Assembly: GCA_013239625.1 (NCBI GenBank)
Contig: MU054323.1
Span: 10,323,186-10,387,185, forward strand
Direction: 5' to 3'
DNA length: 64,000 nt
Source: Lama guanicoe
Taxonomy: Eukaryota
Below are positions 49,046 to 63,259 of this stretch, one piece after another (position 1 is the first letter of the stretch; each line of letters starts with the position of its first letter). The notes under the pieces were generated by a model that saw only the letters and a list, made by a program, of their open reading frames with translations, had not been told where the DNA came from and did not search any database. The translations under genes and the position numbers were made by a program.

Positions 49046-52000
49046 GCCAAAAGAAACCACAAAACAACCAAAAAACCCAACCTCCCCTAAAATAATAAAA
49101 AACCACACTGAATGAGAGCATTAGGCACGTGTAATTTCTCTTCTACTGGTTCCCATTTACATGGGTGACCACAACAGTGAACTCTCTAGCCAGTATTTTC
49201 AACACATCACCACCATTTTGTGTGGAAAAGGCAAAGACGTTTCTCTGAACGCTTTTATCAACAGCCATGCCTTGCCTACCCTCCTCTCCCTTTCCTTTCC
49301 CTCCTCTTTCCTTTGTTTTGCACCTGCCTCTTCCACTCTCCAAGGGTCCCGAGTAGAAGTGGGTTAGTCTGTTTCCCTTTCTTCCTGGATGTCTTGAGCC
49401 TTTTTCTAAGAGTGTGGGGTTTCAGGGATCTCTTCTCAGGAGGAGCCTGGGGTGTGTACAACATCGTAAATCAATGGCTCTGGGAATGTCTTTTTTCTGG
49501 CAGCACAGACCCCACTTCGGCTTCTTTATTCCTAGGGGGTCTTCATTCATCGCTGCTAGGCTATTTTTTGGAAAACAGTATATCCAGGAAACTGGAGGCA
49601 GAGCCTCTTCCATGGAGTGGTACCTCTCTGAGCTCAGCCCCAAAGAGGCTGGTCTCCTGACTGGAAAGTACAAGTGGAAGTGTGAGTCCTTCTCTCTCAC
49701 ACCCTCATGAAACCCTCACTTCCACTGGGACATGTCCTCTAGGTCAATGAACCTGCTGGACCACTACCAGCAAGAATCTAAGGGCCAGGTTTGATGGTTG
49801 TCTACACTATAGTTGGCTTGGCCTACATACAGGTTACCTAGTCTATTTTTCTGAGGGAATTGTGTCTTTTGATCTTTGCACACAAGCCCAGGGACCTCTG
49901 TGATGGACACATTTTAAAAACAGAAATAATTAACTCTTCAATTCATCATTCCCACCTCTGAAAGCAGGATGCTTGGAAAGCTGGTATAATTTGAGTCAAC
50001 CATTCAGACTCAGTCATCTCTTCAGAAAAGTTATTAAGAAAAGTACAGAAGAAACCAGATTGCAATACCTCCTTCTGTTTGTGAAAAGCATCAGGAGAAT
50101 ATAATACTTTAGCTGGAATGCTGCTGCAAACTGACACCCCTTCCCCTACGAGACCTTCTTCCTTCTATCTTGGGAGCAAGATTACGAAACTCTCCAGTGG
50201 TCTTGCCAAAATAAATCTGAGCCCTTAAAAATGTCACCCAACCTCCCAGTCCCTCATTATGGGCCATAAACAGAGATTCAAAATGGGAAAAATAAATATT
50301 ACTGAGTTAATGTTCTACACTGAATTGCAGTCTTTCATGATTAGAGATTAATTAAAGGGAGACCTTCCATCAGATTCATATGTCTAAGACAGTTACTCCA
50401 CCTCCATGGCAGACACCTGGTGTTCTCAGACCTGGAACAGAAATGCCCAGCTTGGGTAATGATCACATTGTCTCATGGCTGAGACAGCTTCGGTTTTAGG
50501 ACTGTCTCCCTTTTCCCTCCTGGAAAGGGAAACGGAGCAGTGTGAGAAGCTGTGGTGATTTCTGAGAACCAGGGCAGGTGCTATGCTGGGGAAGGTTCCA
50601 GCTAACAAGGTTGGCTTGCCGCGGGCTTCCTATCACGGCTTAGGAAAGCTGGAAGCCCCTAGCACACTTGCACAGAGAGGGCATTAGCTCTGACAGAAAT
50701 CCTGCCAGTTCTTTCTGAAGGACACACTGTCCTTGAGGGAAAAGCCAATGATCATTCCTCACATGTGCCCTGGTTTTCACTGTCAAGGAAACCACAGCCC
50801 GATCAGGGATCCTTGCCAACTTCTTCCTTAGCAAAACGAATGAGGAAGAGCTGGGGCTCAGGAGAGTGGTCTGGAGGCCTCCCAGAGGCTGGGTGAGGCT
50901 GCTCTGGTGGAGATGGAAGGTAGAATAGAGAGCAAGTGCGGGTAATGGAGCCGTCCTAACATGTCATTTGTTCTTGTTAATTCATTCATCCCTTTATCTC
51001 TCATCCAATGAGTAAATCTTTATTGAGGACAACTTATGCTTTAGGCATTGGACCATCGTGTGAGCTGGTGGGACACATTTTGGTGAGTGGGAGTGGGAAG
51101 GGGGAGGAAATACAGAACTCTAAAGAGAAAGAAGGATGGGAAGTTTTGGAAAATTTCCTGTGCCAATTTGTATCACAGGTTGTCTCACTGAGTCCAAGTC
51201 CATCCCTGTAAGGTTGGCATTGTAATGATTCTTGTTTTACCACAAGAAATAACCAGTGCTTAGAGAGGCTGAGTTAGGTGAATGTTATCTGCGGCTCTAA
51301 ACTCTTTCACTGTGGTGCACTGTCCTCAGAGAGCGTACCATCTAGATGTGCAGGAACTCATTTTCATGGCTGCTGGATGAATCAAGAGTGGGCAGACTCT
51401 ACCCAAAACATAGACTAGTACTAAAAATGAAGTAATTTTCTATGAGAAGCCATGAGGAGCGGATGCTCTAAGGCCAGTTAGTGCCAAATGAGCGGCTTAA
51501 ATGATGATGCTGTGGGAAGTGCTCCCAGATGCTGCTGCGGGATGAGATTAGAGTTGTGAGGGTCCCTGATGAACAGGTGGGGCTAGGACCGGTGGAATAA
51601 CCATCCCTGACCTCTTCAGGGGACAGCTTGTTGATCTGGTGGGCAGGAGTGTGAGATTTAGTCAGAAGCCAAGATGGGCAGGCAGATCGGGGCAGAGAAG
51701 GAAGGCTTTAAGTTCTTTGAACTTGACTCTACAGGTGATAGGAATCTTCAGCAGGAAAAAGATGAAGAGGTGCTTTCAAGAAACAAATCTGACCATCACA
51801 GAACCCAAGCTGGGTTTGCCTTAGGTCATGATCTTTTGCCAGGGGAGACTACGGTGTGAACCACAGAGACACACACACGGTTCTGTGAGGCTCCGAGCCA
51901 GACTCAGGACCACAACCCACACCCAGAAGGAGTGAGTGTTAGTTGGAACACCTTAGAACTTTAAAAATATTTAGAGTTCTTTTTCTCCTATGAAAGTCAT

Positions 52001-55000
52001 TGCTGGAACTCTTCCCATGAGGGCCCTTATAAAGGAGCACTGATAGTTCTCCCTGGGGATGGTTTCAGCTGGAGGCACAGCCAGACAACTGGAGTCAGGG
52101 GGTGTGATAATATGACCATATTATCATGATTATGATAATTATGATTCAAAATACGAGAATATTTTGGAACACCATCTGAGGTTTCTTTTTCCTGAGTTTT
52201 GTAGCCCCACTCCCTCACCCTCCTCCATTCAGAGAGCTTCCACTGCCTTCTCCAGGCACTACCTTGGAGGAGGGAGTGCAGATACACTTGAACATACAGC
52301 TTTTCCACAGTAAGATATGGACTTTTTGAAGGTGAACCAGAGCTTGGAGTCAAAAAATTGAGTCTTGAGTATGTGGAACCAAGAACTGATAAGGCCCCCA
52401 AACACAGGCCTTAAACCACACTGGTGAAAACCGCAGAGTGAGGCAGAACGTTCAGCGGTGGGGAATAGATCCCAGAGACTGGGAACAAAGAGACAGTTAG
52501 AAAAGGAGAGCAAGTGAGTAGCTCCGCTGGGGCAACAAGCTCTGTGCATTTCCTACCTGGGACTTGGCCTGGTCGGGGCGTGGGAAAGAGACAAAGACCA
52601 GAAATGTTGAGGGGATTTGCAACCTGGATTAGTGCTGGGCTGCTTCAGCAGGGCGAGGAGAGTGGCATGGGGCAGCTGGGAGGGCGAGGGCAGAAGGGGG
52701 CCCTGAACCCAGAGCAGCATGGGAGGGCATCAGGAGTCTTCAGTGTCTCCCTGAGGGGCCTGGAGGTAGCTGAGAGGGTATGGGCAGAGCTGTGGAGGCT
52801 TGTGGATGGAGCTGGAGTGACCCATGTGGACCAGAAGACCTGCAACCAAGGACTCTTTCAGTCACACTCACGGGCCTGGCCCAATGACCAAAGACCAAGA
52901 GGGAGTGAACAAATCTCTTGGAGGAGGCCAGAGTGGATGGCTCTTTCATTACCAGATGGCACAGAAGTCTTCCTATTTTTACTTGCTTTCCAGAGGAATG
53001 GGAAGGGCAAAGGGGAGATTTCTGAACTATCCAAAAGGGGTAAAGAAAATTCCTGTTCAGAGCTGACTTTAGATTAAGCTGTCTGTCAAACATGGAAATG
53101 GGGGGGGGGGCGTTCTTCTACGAGCCAAGTTAAGTTTAATTTTTAATTTTTGCACATGGATTGCAAAATTTACATCCTCTCTGTGATGTTTAAAACCCTT
53201 TCCAATGGACTGATTCTCTTACATCATAACTGGCCTGGATTTTCTTTCCCAGCCATAGCTCTCTTCTTAGGTGTGCCCTCTTCCTGGGCTAAGTGTGCCT
53301 GGCCCTCTCTTTGAAAATACAAGCTGAGATATAAGGTTCCAGTATGCTTATCACCCATTCAATGCTTTATCAGGATGCCATGCATTCGTTTCTTTCAATT
53401 AAAACCACTGATTGAGCATCTAGTCTTTGCCAGGCTGCATGCTGAATGGTGAGGATCTGGGATGGGGCTTCCTGGGGAGTGGGGAAGAGAAATACATAGA
53501 TGTTAGAGCCATCTTCTAATCTTTCCAATGCTGAGTAGTAGCAGGGAGAGATGGAAGGAAAAATAGAATAGGATGTAAAAAGTCACAACTTGGCCATTTG
53601 GTAATTTTAGAGCCCTAACTTCTTTGGGCCTCAGTGTGCTAATCTGTAAAATTAGGGGGATGGTGGGAAGAAAGACAAAAAAAATTTCTTTAGACCCTGT
53701 ACAGATGCTCAATTATATGAAACTTATGATTTTCAAGAGTGAAGAATTGTAGGGTTAGCTGAAGCCCCAGAAGGCAAGAGAGCTGGTAGAATACAGTGAC
53801 TACAAGTACATTTGCTGTTTGATTTCCTGTAACATCTGCAGAGCGGTGGCCAAGTCCTACCTCAAGCAAATCACATGGAGGTGAGTACATTGCTGATCAC
53901 CAGCCTGGGTAGTTCTGGCAGTGTTGGGGACACAGGGAAGAAGTTTCTAGATGGTGTGTACTGGAGGGACTACTCTTGCAATACCAACAATAATAGTCAT
54001 TATTAGTATTTTGGCAGGGGAGAATCTGGAACTTAAGCTTATACTGTCGGGTGTGTTTGTCTTTGCCTATGCTTACAAAGTAGAGCATCCCCCTAAAATG
54101 GCATCTGAAACCACCTGAGATATTGATACATTTGCCTTGTTTACAATTTCTATCTGCTGATCTCAATTTTCCACTCTGCTTTGCATTCATAGACACTTTC
54201 CTCACCTCTCTCTCTTGATTCATTTGTTTGCTCACTCATTCAACACTCAACAAAAATTCACGGAACCCCCATAGTGTGCTAGGCTTTGAGCCAAGAGCTG
54301 GGGATGCAGAGATGAGGTGGAAGGCTTGCAAAAAAGCAGAAGTCAAATAGGCTGTGGGACTTCGGTGATCCACCCAAGTCCTATGAAGCCTTGCCAGAGC
54401 TCTGTGGCCGGAGCCTTGGGCTACCACTCACACCACTTAATGGGGTCATCTGCATGGGACCCCAGGGCTGGGGTTGGGGGTGTGGTGGAAGGAGTTCTAC
54501 ACCTGACAAAAGAGCCCATCAAGTGGTAACTGTGTGACCCTTTTTCTATTTTTTGTCTCTGAAAAGCAACAACCAACCAGTAGAGATGGGGGAAGCTCAC
54601 ATGTCAGTAGAGCTTCTCATGAAGTTGCTCCTGATAATACAATAACATAGAAATGCAAATAAAGATTTTTTACAACTAAAAAAAGCCCAAAGAGTTTGGG
54701 TTCTTTAATAAAGTCTTTTATAAAGCTCTTTAATAAAGTCTTCTGGAAGCCTGGATTTCTGTTGTGGAGTCCAGTTACTAGGTGGTGGGGAAATGGGGAG
54801 CCCAGTTTATACATCTGGACAGATACCAGGTAGAGAGATTGCACCTTCCTTAATCGATGCAAGCTCAGAATCTCCAAGTTTGGCACAGAAGAATTTCATG
54901 GTGGGGGCAGTGGCTACACCACACAGCCTTTGTTCCCTCCCGTCCTCTTTTCTTCCCTCCCTTCCTCCCTCATTTTCTGAGACTTGTCATTTCCTTGGAG

Positions 55001-55523
55001 AATCTTGTGGATCACTACTGCCATCTTCCATCTGGTCTCCAGAGTGATGTTTAAACCGTTTAAAACCCTGGCTAACCCCCAAACAAAACTCTTGGAGCAC
55101 AACCAAGGTAAGCTGGAACGTTCAACACGACTTTCCTAAAGACTGGGAAAGGCGAGGGAGAAAACCTCAGGTGTGAAACACGAACTTGGATTCTGTGCTT
55201 TGCTGACCTCAGGAGAGAGGAGAGTTTTCCCAAGCCTCTCCTTCCCAGCTTCTAGTGTCTTCTCATGTGCTGAGTGCAACTTCAGCTCCACAACCCAAGA
55301 GATCACTCCAATTCCATTCCTTGACCCCCAGAGGAAAATGCCAGACCCTCTCATCTACCTAGATCCTTGCCTTTGCCAAGTCATTGACACCAGGAAAGAC
55401 TTCAGTCTGAGGTAAGACCTCACTCTTAACTAAAGATGGTGCTTTTGCCCCTGAGGCTCTCTTTAGGATCATCATGTCCAAATGTCCCACAAAAGCCTCC
55501 ACTGTTCATGAGCATGTATGCGC

Positions 55524-55526
<3 letters not shown>

Positions 55527-55554
<28 letters not shown>
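55527..55554. repeat. (TG)14 microsatellite
   Basis: Perfect run read directly. Confidence 0.97.
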
Positions 55555-55560
<6 letters not shown>

Positions 55561-58500
55561 CACACGTGTGTGTGGGGAGGTGAGGTCTTCTAATGAGAGA
55601 ATGACAAGTATATGAAGAAATGGAGGAAAAACAGGAGAAGGGAAAAAAGGAGGAGAGGAGAAAAATCTACGTTTGGAATAAGGAAGGAATGAGAAGACTC
55701 CATGTGTGCCCCCCGTGTGGCCAGACTGACTGTTTCAGCTGCTGTCCACGAGTGCGGGGCTTCAGGCCTGTGCCTGGAGTGAGTGCAGAGCAGGCTACGC
55801 TGAAAATGGAGGTGGCCACAGTGATCATATGGCCATTGCATGGCTCAGTTTTCTTCCCCTCTCAAGGAGAGGAAGAAAGTTGAGAAGAGAAGAGGTTAAT
55901 AGAAAAACAAAGACAAAGACATCCAGAGTCTGGGAGAGACAGAGGGAAGAGAGACTGAGGGCGGGGGGATGTAGGGAGAGGCTGTCCACCGGATGCCAAA
56001 ACAAACATCTGAGAAGGGAAACGATCTGTCTGTCTTTACTTATTATTAACACAGAGTAAAGAAATGACAGGAATCTGAATCGAGGAGATGCTCTGGGGTT
56101 ACACATAGCCACAGGTAAGGGATGGAGAGAAAGGAATGGGAAAGGGCCACAGCAGGGGAAGAATGGCAAGAGAACAGGCCTCTGACATTAGTGGATACAG
56201 GAGAGAAAGAGCATGTGACAGCCAGGGAGCAAGAGTTTGTGTCTGTGCACTAATAAGAAAAAAGATACTTGTCCTCAGATGGTAAGAAAAGAAGGAAAAC
56301 GGACACCATTTCTCCTTGTAGTTTTCTGCTTTTGTTCTAATCCACATAATGTAATTCCAGGCATTTCTCAAACCAGCTTTATACACTCACAGGCCCAAGT
56401 CCATGGGACAGAGGCTGAGGGCTACTCACAGGCTCTCCTCGACCTCTGGGGACTGGGTGCATGGAGCTTGCTCCATTCCCAGCCTTCCCTGTGACCAAAT
56501 GACTCTCTCCAGGGGTCCCTTCTACTGCTGTTCCCAGCTGTGACAGCTCATTCATCTGTCCTGCTCTGCATTCCTAAGCCATAAACCCACACAGACGGGC
56601 TGCCTCCTGACCTAGACTTGGGCTGCCTGTCCCTGTAGCACTGGGGAGCGCATCAGAGCCAATGTTTTCATTATATTTATGTTTCACAAATGATTGAAAA
56701 GATCAGCTTATAAAAGCAAAAGAAAGTTGAGGCATTCAACCTCTCTGGGCCTTTTAAGACAACGGCCTTATTATGTCCATGTGAATTTCCAGGAAGAAGC
56801 CTCTAATTAAAGCTTATTGCCTCTCAGCAGCTGCTGGCTGGCAATGTGACTTGTCCTTCCTGTTCATTAGAGCAGAAGGGTGTCCTAGTGGGGTTGTAGC
56901 CTCACAGAGCCTGTGCCACCTTCCGGCCCACTCCCCCAGTGAGCTCAGGAGGATCCCAGTGCTGCCGTGACGGCCCCATCACCCCGCTGCGTGTGACTTG
57001 GGATTCAGACAGGATATTACATTGGTGTTCTTGAAGGAAATGATAAGACCCTGGTCTACCAGTTGCATGAATGATTAATGAGGGGTAATTAGTCAATGTT
57101 TGTTAAGCGTTTTATAGACACAAAATGCTGGCTAAGAGCTAAATGAAGAAGCAAAAGAAGCAAAAGCCAAAAGACTTTATTTACATCCACCCCCATATTG
57201 CTCATAGAATCTGAGAACATTGGAGCTGAGTGAGGAGGGATTTCAGAGACCCCCGCCCTGTGGTTTGCAAACTGCATTGTGAGGCTTTCCGGGCAGCTGC
57301 TGAGCAACCGGTACCTGTGTTTTCTCCCCAAACAAATCAAAACAAAGAAGGCTAGCCAAAGTTCCATAAAAACCATGTTCATGGCATCGCTTGAGAGAGA
57401 ATGATCCAAACCGCGAAACAACCATGAGTGAAAAGATAAAAGCATCACATCCCGGCAGTGCAGGGTCTTATCCTTCCAGTCTACGCCCAACAGTGAGCCA
57501 ATGGTTCCTGAGCCCATGCTCACAGTCCTCCACTCCAGAGGGCTTTGCCATATGGTTCTCAAGTGCCTTGGGGGAGGGGCTCTGTCCAGGGGTCTGGGAA
57601 GAGAGGAAGTAAAACGTCCCCTAGATCTTCAGATAAAGGTTTAGTACCCCTCCCTGTACCCTCCTTCAAACAAAAACAAAACAAAACCAACTCAGATCAA
57701 TTCTGTCCTTGGGGAAATTTAAGAAGCTTGAGGCCAATGCACAGGGGACTTTGCAATCCAATATTTGGTTAGTCTGGCCCTGGCCTGGTACCTAAATTTT
57801 AGTAACTGAGCCCTTCTCTGCCTCATTTGGTAGCTTAGGGTCCAACTGCTGGTCTCCAGTGTGACTTGGGTTCTGCCTGTCATTCTGCCCATCCGTAGCT
57901 TGCACTGAGAGGACGCATTCCCTTTGGCACCAGCTTTCCAGTGGGTGATCCTGGAGTGGCTGCACCTCCTTATCTTACTAGTGTCCTCTGTCTCTCTGGA
58001 ATGGTACTTCACCAATGTGCCCTTTTATGCTCTCCCAATGGCAGAGAGGGGTGAATCTGGGAAGGTATTTAAGCCTATGTCTTATCTTAAATTTGTGTGC
58101 AGCTTGCTTGCATTGCAGCCCAATATATAATATAGTGCCCTGGTAGTTTTAATATAAAATGTCCCTTCACTCTCATCAGGAAAGATGTATCATGCTGATT
58201 CTGTGGGTTTGGACACTCCTAGAAAATCACTATATATCCTCGAGGTACAAGTGTCCAAGTGGCCCCACTTCACCTCAAGCCACTGGTTGGATCCTGGCCC
58301 CACCCAATTTGCCCACAGACAAATGCTTTTAGCCATTACCTGTGTGGAAAAGGCTCTGGACGCTGTGCAGCGAGCCTGATCCCAGATCTGTGGGACAGAG
58401 TGCTGAGAGCAGAGAGATCCTGTCCCTTCTCCAGGGAACTTCCTTAGACGTCACCAGTCCCCTGAGTTGTACAATTCACTGTTGTCTGGTTTTTCCTGAT

Positions 58501-58619
58501 GACTCATACTAATTGTATGTATCATGGTTAATTAACCATTGCCAAGACCACAGGACCCCAACACCACCAGGACACTCTTTGGACTTAGGGAAGAGTAGAA
58601 CTAACCCTGTTTGATTCCT

Positions 58620-58815
58620 CACTAGGTTCCAGGCATGGTGTCACGTAGGCACAGACACTAACATATTCAAACCCCACACAGACCTTGGGGCAGGTACCAC
58701 TGTCTTCATTTCACAGGTGAATGATCTAGTACTGCAGGATTTAATGGACACACAGAACCTAAACAACTCAGTTAGGACTCAAATCCACGTTTCCTTTATG
58801 CATAGTCTATCCTCC
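58620..58815 (-). mobile_element. MIR SINE, degenerate
   Basis: 'caggtaccactgtcttcatttcacaggtgaatga'. Confidence 0.65.
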
Positions 58816-59164
58816 TCCCACTACTCATGATGTGGTGTCCTTTGCTTTTCTTTCTGTTGCATTTTTTCCCCATTTCACTTGTTATGGCCCCTATCAAAGA
58901 ATGAAAGAAACAGAGGAGGTGAGGTTGGAATATACCAATTTTGCTGTCAGCTGTTTCAGGAAGATGGAGAAGATATGGGTGAGGTGTGGATTGAAACTGA
59001 AGTCTAAGGTGACATTTCTCTTATCATCTCCAGAATTAATTTATCTGGGTGCACCCTGTTTGCCCAGCAGCCACAGGTTTTAAGGAATGGCTACAGAGAG
59101 GCCTTAGAGACCCGAAGAGGGAACACAGCTTCACCAAGCCCCTCATTCATCACCAGCTGGAGCG

Positions 59165-59760
59165 AGAGTCTCATTAATAACTGGGGCTTAATCCTCCACA
59201 TTCAAAGAGACTCCTGTTACCCAAAACAATAATTTTTTAAATTACCCAGACAGAGTGGCAATCGCATATTGAATACTAAGGATGATTTAAAACTAATAAA
59301 TACTTTTGGAAATTCCTTGAACATTTTAATGAATTAAAAGTTATGAAATATTTATAAGCAGTAACAACACCATTTAGTACCATTAATAAAATAAATACAT
59401 TAGTCAGAGAATGAAATTCATTACTATTTTACTACTAGACATTGATGTCAATGACTGAATATTGCTCCAAATTACTTGTAAAATAGACCAATTATTTTAG
59501 TGTGATTAATCTTTTCAATTATTTCTTTTATGTAGTTGTAATTTGAAAGTAATTTTCTTTTGGGAGTTCAATGACCTCAGCACACTGGTTCCTTATTTAT
59601 TTATATTTAAAATCCTTTTGTGTCTGCTCCCATTTCTGGGTGATTTTCTATGGTCAAATATTTAAAACAGTTGTCTAAGCAATCATTTTTTTCCTAAGCA
59701 CCTTTCGGGGCATTTCTAACTGGCTTTATTAGTGATTATGAGTAAGCCATTCCAAAGCAC
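59165..59760. promoter_or_regulatory. Candidate conserved non-coding element / developmental enhancer
   Basis: Complex, non-repetitive, very AT-rich block (12/60 G+C at 59341-59400) with dense TAAT/ATTA motifs, embedded in GC-richer DNA. Conservation is inferred, not shown. Confidence 0.5.
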
Positions 59761-60194
59761 GGTAGTCTGCCAATAGCAGCTATACATCAGCAGGGGAAGG
59801 AGGGGCAGACTAAGTGCGTTTCTGTCCCACCCACTGGGGGCTTGGCTGTTTTAGACCCCATGCTTTGTCTGCCTGAGGAAACAGTGGGATAGGCAGGTCA
59901 AAGGACTTTTAGGCTCTTCGCTGGCCTCTAACCATCCCCATAGGATTAAACAGTCCCTCTCCTTTGTGGGGCACAATGGATTCTGTGCACCTGGTCACAA
60001 AGGAAAAAATGACTTTATCAGAGATAAAAGCATAGAGAAGCAGCTGCCTTCAAAATCAGAATGTAGATCTGGGCTGTCAGGGTCTCTGTCGGAAATGGGG
60101 AAACCTCCTCCTTGGCCCCAGTGGTTCAGACAAGGCCCAGAGTGAAAGTGAAAGGTAGACTCGGTTTAGATGCCAGTTAGAGAGAACTCTTAGG

Positions 60195-60348
60195 ATATAT
60201 TAAGGAATTATTATTAAAACTGCTATGTGTGATAATGATATTGTGGTTCTTTTTTTTGAGTCTTTATCTTTTAGAGAGGTATGCAGAAATATTTATGAAT
60301 AAGATGATATAATGTCTGGGATCTAGAGAAAGCAATCTGGGAAGGAAA
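60195..60348 (+). mobile_element. Ancient L1M 3'UTR fragment
   Basis: 'gtgtgataatgatattgtggtt...ttatcttttagagaggtatgcagaaatatttatgaataagatgatataatgtctgggat'. Confidence 0.8.
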
Positions 60349-60510
60349 CAGTGCCGTGGTGGACTACAGCCAACTTGTACTCACTGGCAAGAGCTGATTG
60401 TTAAATTTTCAGGAATTTTGTGAGCTAGCTGGTAAACAGTTATTATTGAAAATTAAATTCTATAAATTTACAATTAAATAAAATATGTTATTAAAAAGGT
60501 AATACATTAA
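60349..60510. mobile_element. MER63 (B/C/D-like) terminal fragment
   Basis: 'gagctgattgttaaattttcaggaattttgtgagc...aaaattaaattctataaatttacaattaaata'. Confidence 0.8.
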
Positions 60511-60639
60511 AACAAAAAATAAGTGAAAAGTGGGTGTGAACTTGCAAACATATTCCCTGGGCTTGTTGTGCAGAATTATTCAGTCCTGGTTCCAGAATAA
60601 GGTAACTTGGCTCAACCAGGGGACATGGGAGAGAGAAGG

Positions 60640-60840
60640 CAATGGTATTTACTGTGCCAAGCACTGTGCTGGGGCTCTACACACAATATCAGTCTTAATT
60701 TCCAAACAAACCTATAATGACATATTACTAGCCCCATTTGAGAAAACCCAAACTCATGGATAAAAAACCACTCTTCTGGTAAGGGATGGAGCTGGAATTC
60801 CACGCTCATTCTGTTTGATTCCAAAGCTTGTAATCTCTCT
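60640..60840 (-). mobile_element. MIR SINE
   Basis: 'tttactgtgccaagcactgtgctggggctctacaca...ggagctggaattccac...gattccaaagc'. Confidence 0.78.
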
Positions 60841-63259
60841 TTTGCATCATAACAAGAAAACCTTTATTCAGTCCTTACCGTGGGAAAACCACTGTTAGTT
60901 GTTAATTGGGACACAGAGATTTTTCAAAAAGACACGATCTTTTTAAAAACAGAACCTAGCATCTATTGAGCAAGACACATAAATAACTCTGGAAAGAAGT
61001 AGACCATTCTAAAACAGAAATATATGGAGCCCTAATTCTGAGCTGAGCCTTCTTAGAGAAAATAGTATTTGAGCTGAGATCTGAAAGTACAGGACTGGGA
61101 GAGGCAGCTATCAGGAATGAGGGAGAGGGGGCATAGCTGGAGAAAAAGCTTGAGGTGGGGAGGCGTCTGGGGAAATGTGAGTGTATCTTGGCTAGATGAA
61201 ATCCTCATTTTAATGCTTATCTTTTAAACAGTACAGTCCACAGATAATTATGGGCAAGATGTTTTAGAAACAGGGTGTTAAGGAGCATGTTTGGTAAACG
61301 GGGTTCACCCTCTACCTGGAGGACACAATCAGAACTCAGCGAGGACACTACGCTGTGGCTCCAATTTCTCCTTGGCTTTTCCTTCCAAGCTATAGCTCCC
61401 ACTACCACAGAGTTGATTCAGTCCCTTGAAGTGACTAACCCAGGTGGTGGGCCCCCTGGTGCTGGTGTCAGGTTGGCAGTGCTGTGGCTCTCATCACTCG
61501 CTTGACATTTGGCTATCATTGACACGAAACATTTTGCAGAAGGTGTCAGAAGAGCCCATGTATTTCTGTGAATAGTAGTTTCTCCATGAGAAACCAAGAG
61601 GCAGAGAGGGAGCAACTTCATTTTTAAAGGTTTCAGGCCAGGTGAGGGCAGAGAAGCAGGTAGCTCAGGGCATCATTACAACATATCTCCACAGCCCTCT
61701 TCTCTGTTTACCCTCACAAGGTCAATTTCAGGACAGCCACTGATATACTGTTATTCCTATTTCAAATTAAAAAACAATCAGTGTGCCAATTCTGGAGGAG
61801 ACTTTTAATGTCCCTCTGATCTACAATGTTGGCTAGTCTATGGAAATAAGAGGTGGAAAGGGGACTTAAATCCCTTGATTGCTGGTTCAGTGCTCATTGT
61901 GTGGTCTTTCTGAGAAAGGCCTATTGCAACTAGTTTGGCAGAAGACATCCTACAAATAAAACACTTATTCAATACCTCCAGTGCAAATTAAATGTAAATC
62001 AGGAATGCCCTTTGGAGAGCAGTGTTTGTGCCAAGTAGAATGGAGATCTTAAAGCCACCACACCAAAACCCAGTTCCAGAAGAGAAACAAATTTATATCA
62101 GTGTCACTACATGTTCAGTTTAGCATCACTCGGTAAATGTCTGTCAAATGAATGAGTGAATGCATGGATCGCTGGATGGACGAGTCTGCTACACACAGAG
62201 CTTTCTGCTGGCAGCCCCAAGACAGAGTGCCATAGCAATCTTGGTTTTACAAGCACAGACTGAGGATCCTGCTGTGGCACTGCTTGCTTTTGGAACAGAA
62301 AATGCCCAGTTTGGGCCAGGCTGCCAGGAACCCATGAGGTTATCCCTCATTTTACCCAGCTGGATTCTGGAGCCTACTCTAGAGGCTAATTGGTTCCACA
62401 TGGCTATCCGAAGATTAAAATCTGTCCATTTAGTGTCTCTCATTTACTCCTGTCCCCTCTTGGTCTAAGGAAGACATCCTCCACTGCCCATAACTGTTTT
62501 TGGTAAAGTAAGAAGAGAGAGAGGAGACAAGGTTGGGAGATGCCACACATTTTTTACTGGAAGCATTCATACTAATTCCATACTTAGCATCTCAAAGCCA
62601 GGCACAGTGATAAGAACCTAACTTGTAAAAATGTCCCATATTCCAAGTACAACAGCCTTGTGCTTAGTCAATCACTTAAAGAAGGTATGGTTAATGTAAC
62701 AATTTTTGGCTATCACATTTTAAACCAGTACAGAATAATGGGATCAAAAAGCTGGAGTCAATAGGAGAGTTAAAAATCAGACTGTCCAGTGGTTCTCAAA
62801 CTGTATTTCATAAAAACTGATTTGGAGGGTGTGTCAAGGGCTGTGGTTTGAGAACAAAAACAAGCAGCACCCCAGCAGGATCTTCATGAAAGAGAAGGGG
62901 AACCTTGGTGACCTGCAATAAAATGCATTCAGGCTTACCCAGGAGCCATTTGAAGCTCCCTGATGTTCACGGATGAGGGCCCGCTGTTGATCAGGGGTGG
63001 TGGTCCACTTACACTGCTTTTGACAAATCTGAGCAGGGAGAGGGAAATTCCTAATTGGCTTCCCGGAAAAACTGAGAACTTGACAACCATGAGACGGAGG
63101 TAGAAAGCACACTGGGCTAATCATTAATTTAGTGTGTCAAAGTTCAAGGTAAATCTTTGGGTATTTGTGCATTCAGCGCATTCAATTTCCATATGAAGGA
63201 GCCAGATTAGATGCTTTCTGGGGTCCTTTCCAGCAGTGACCTTACATAGGTAGCATCAA

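Noticed and set aside
52514..53077. 187-aa ORF, the longest in the window
   Set aside because: Non-ATG start, G-rich compositional bias, and no recognisable protein family.
53100..53110. G11 homopolymer
   Set aside because: An isolated mononucleotide run with no further structure.
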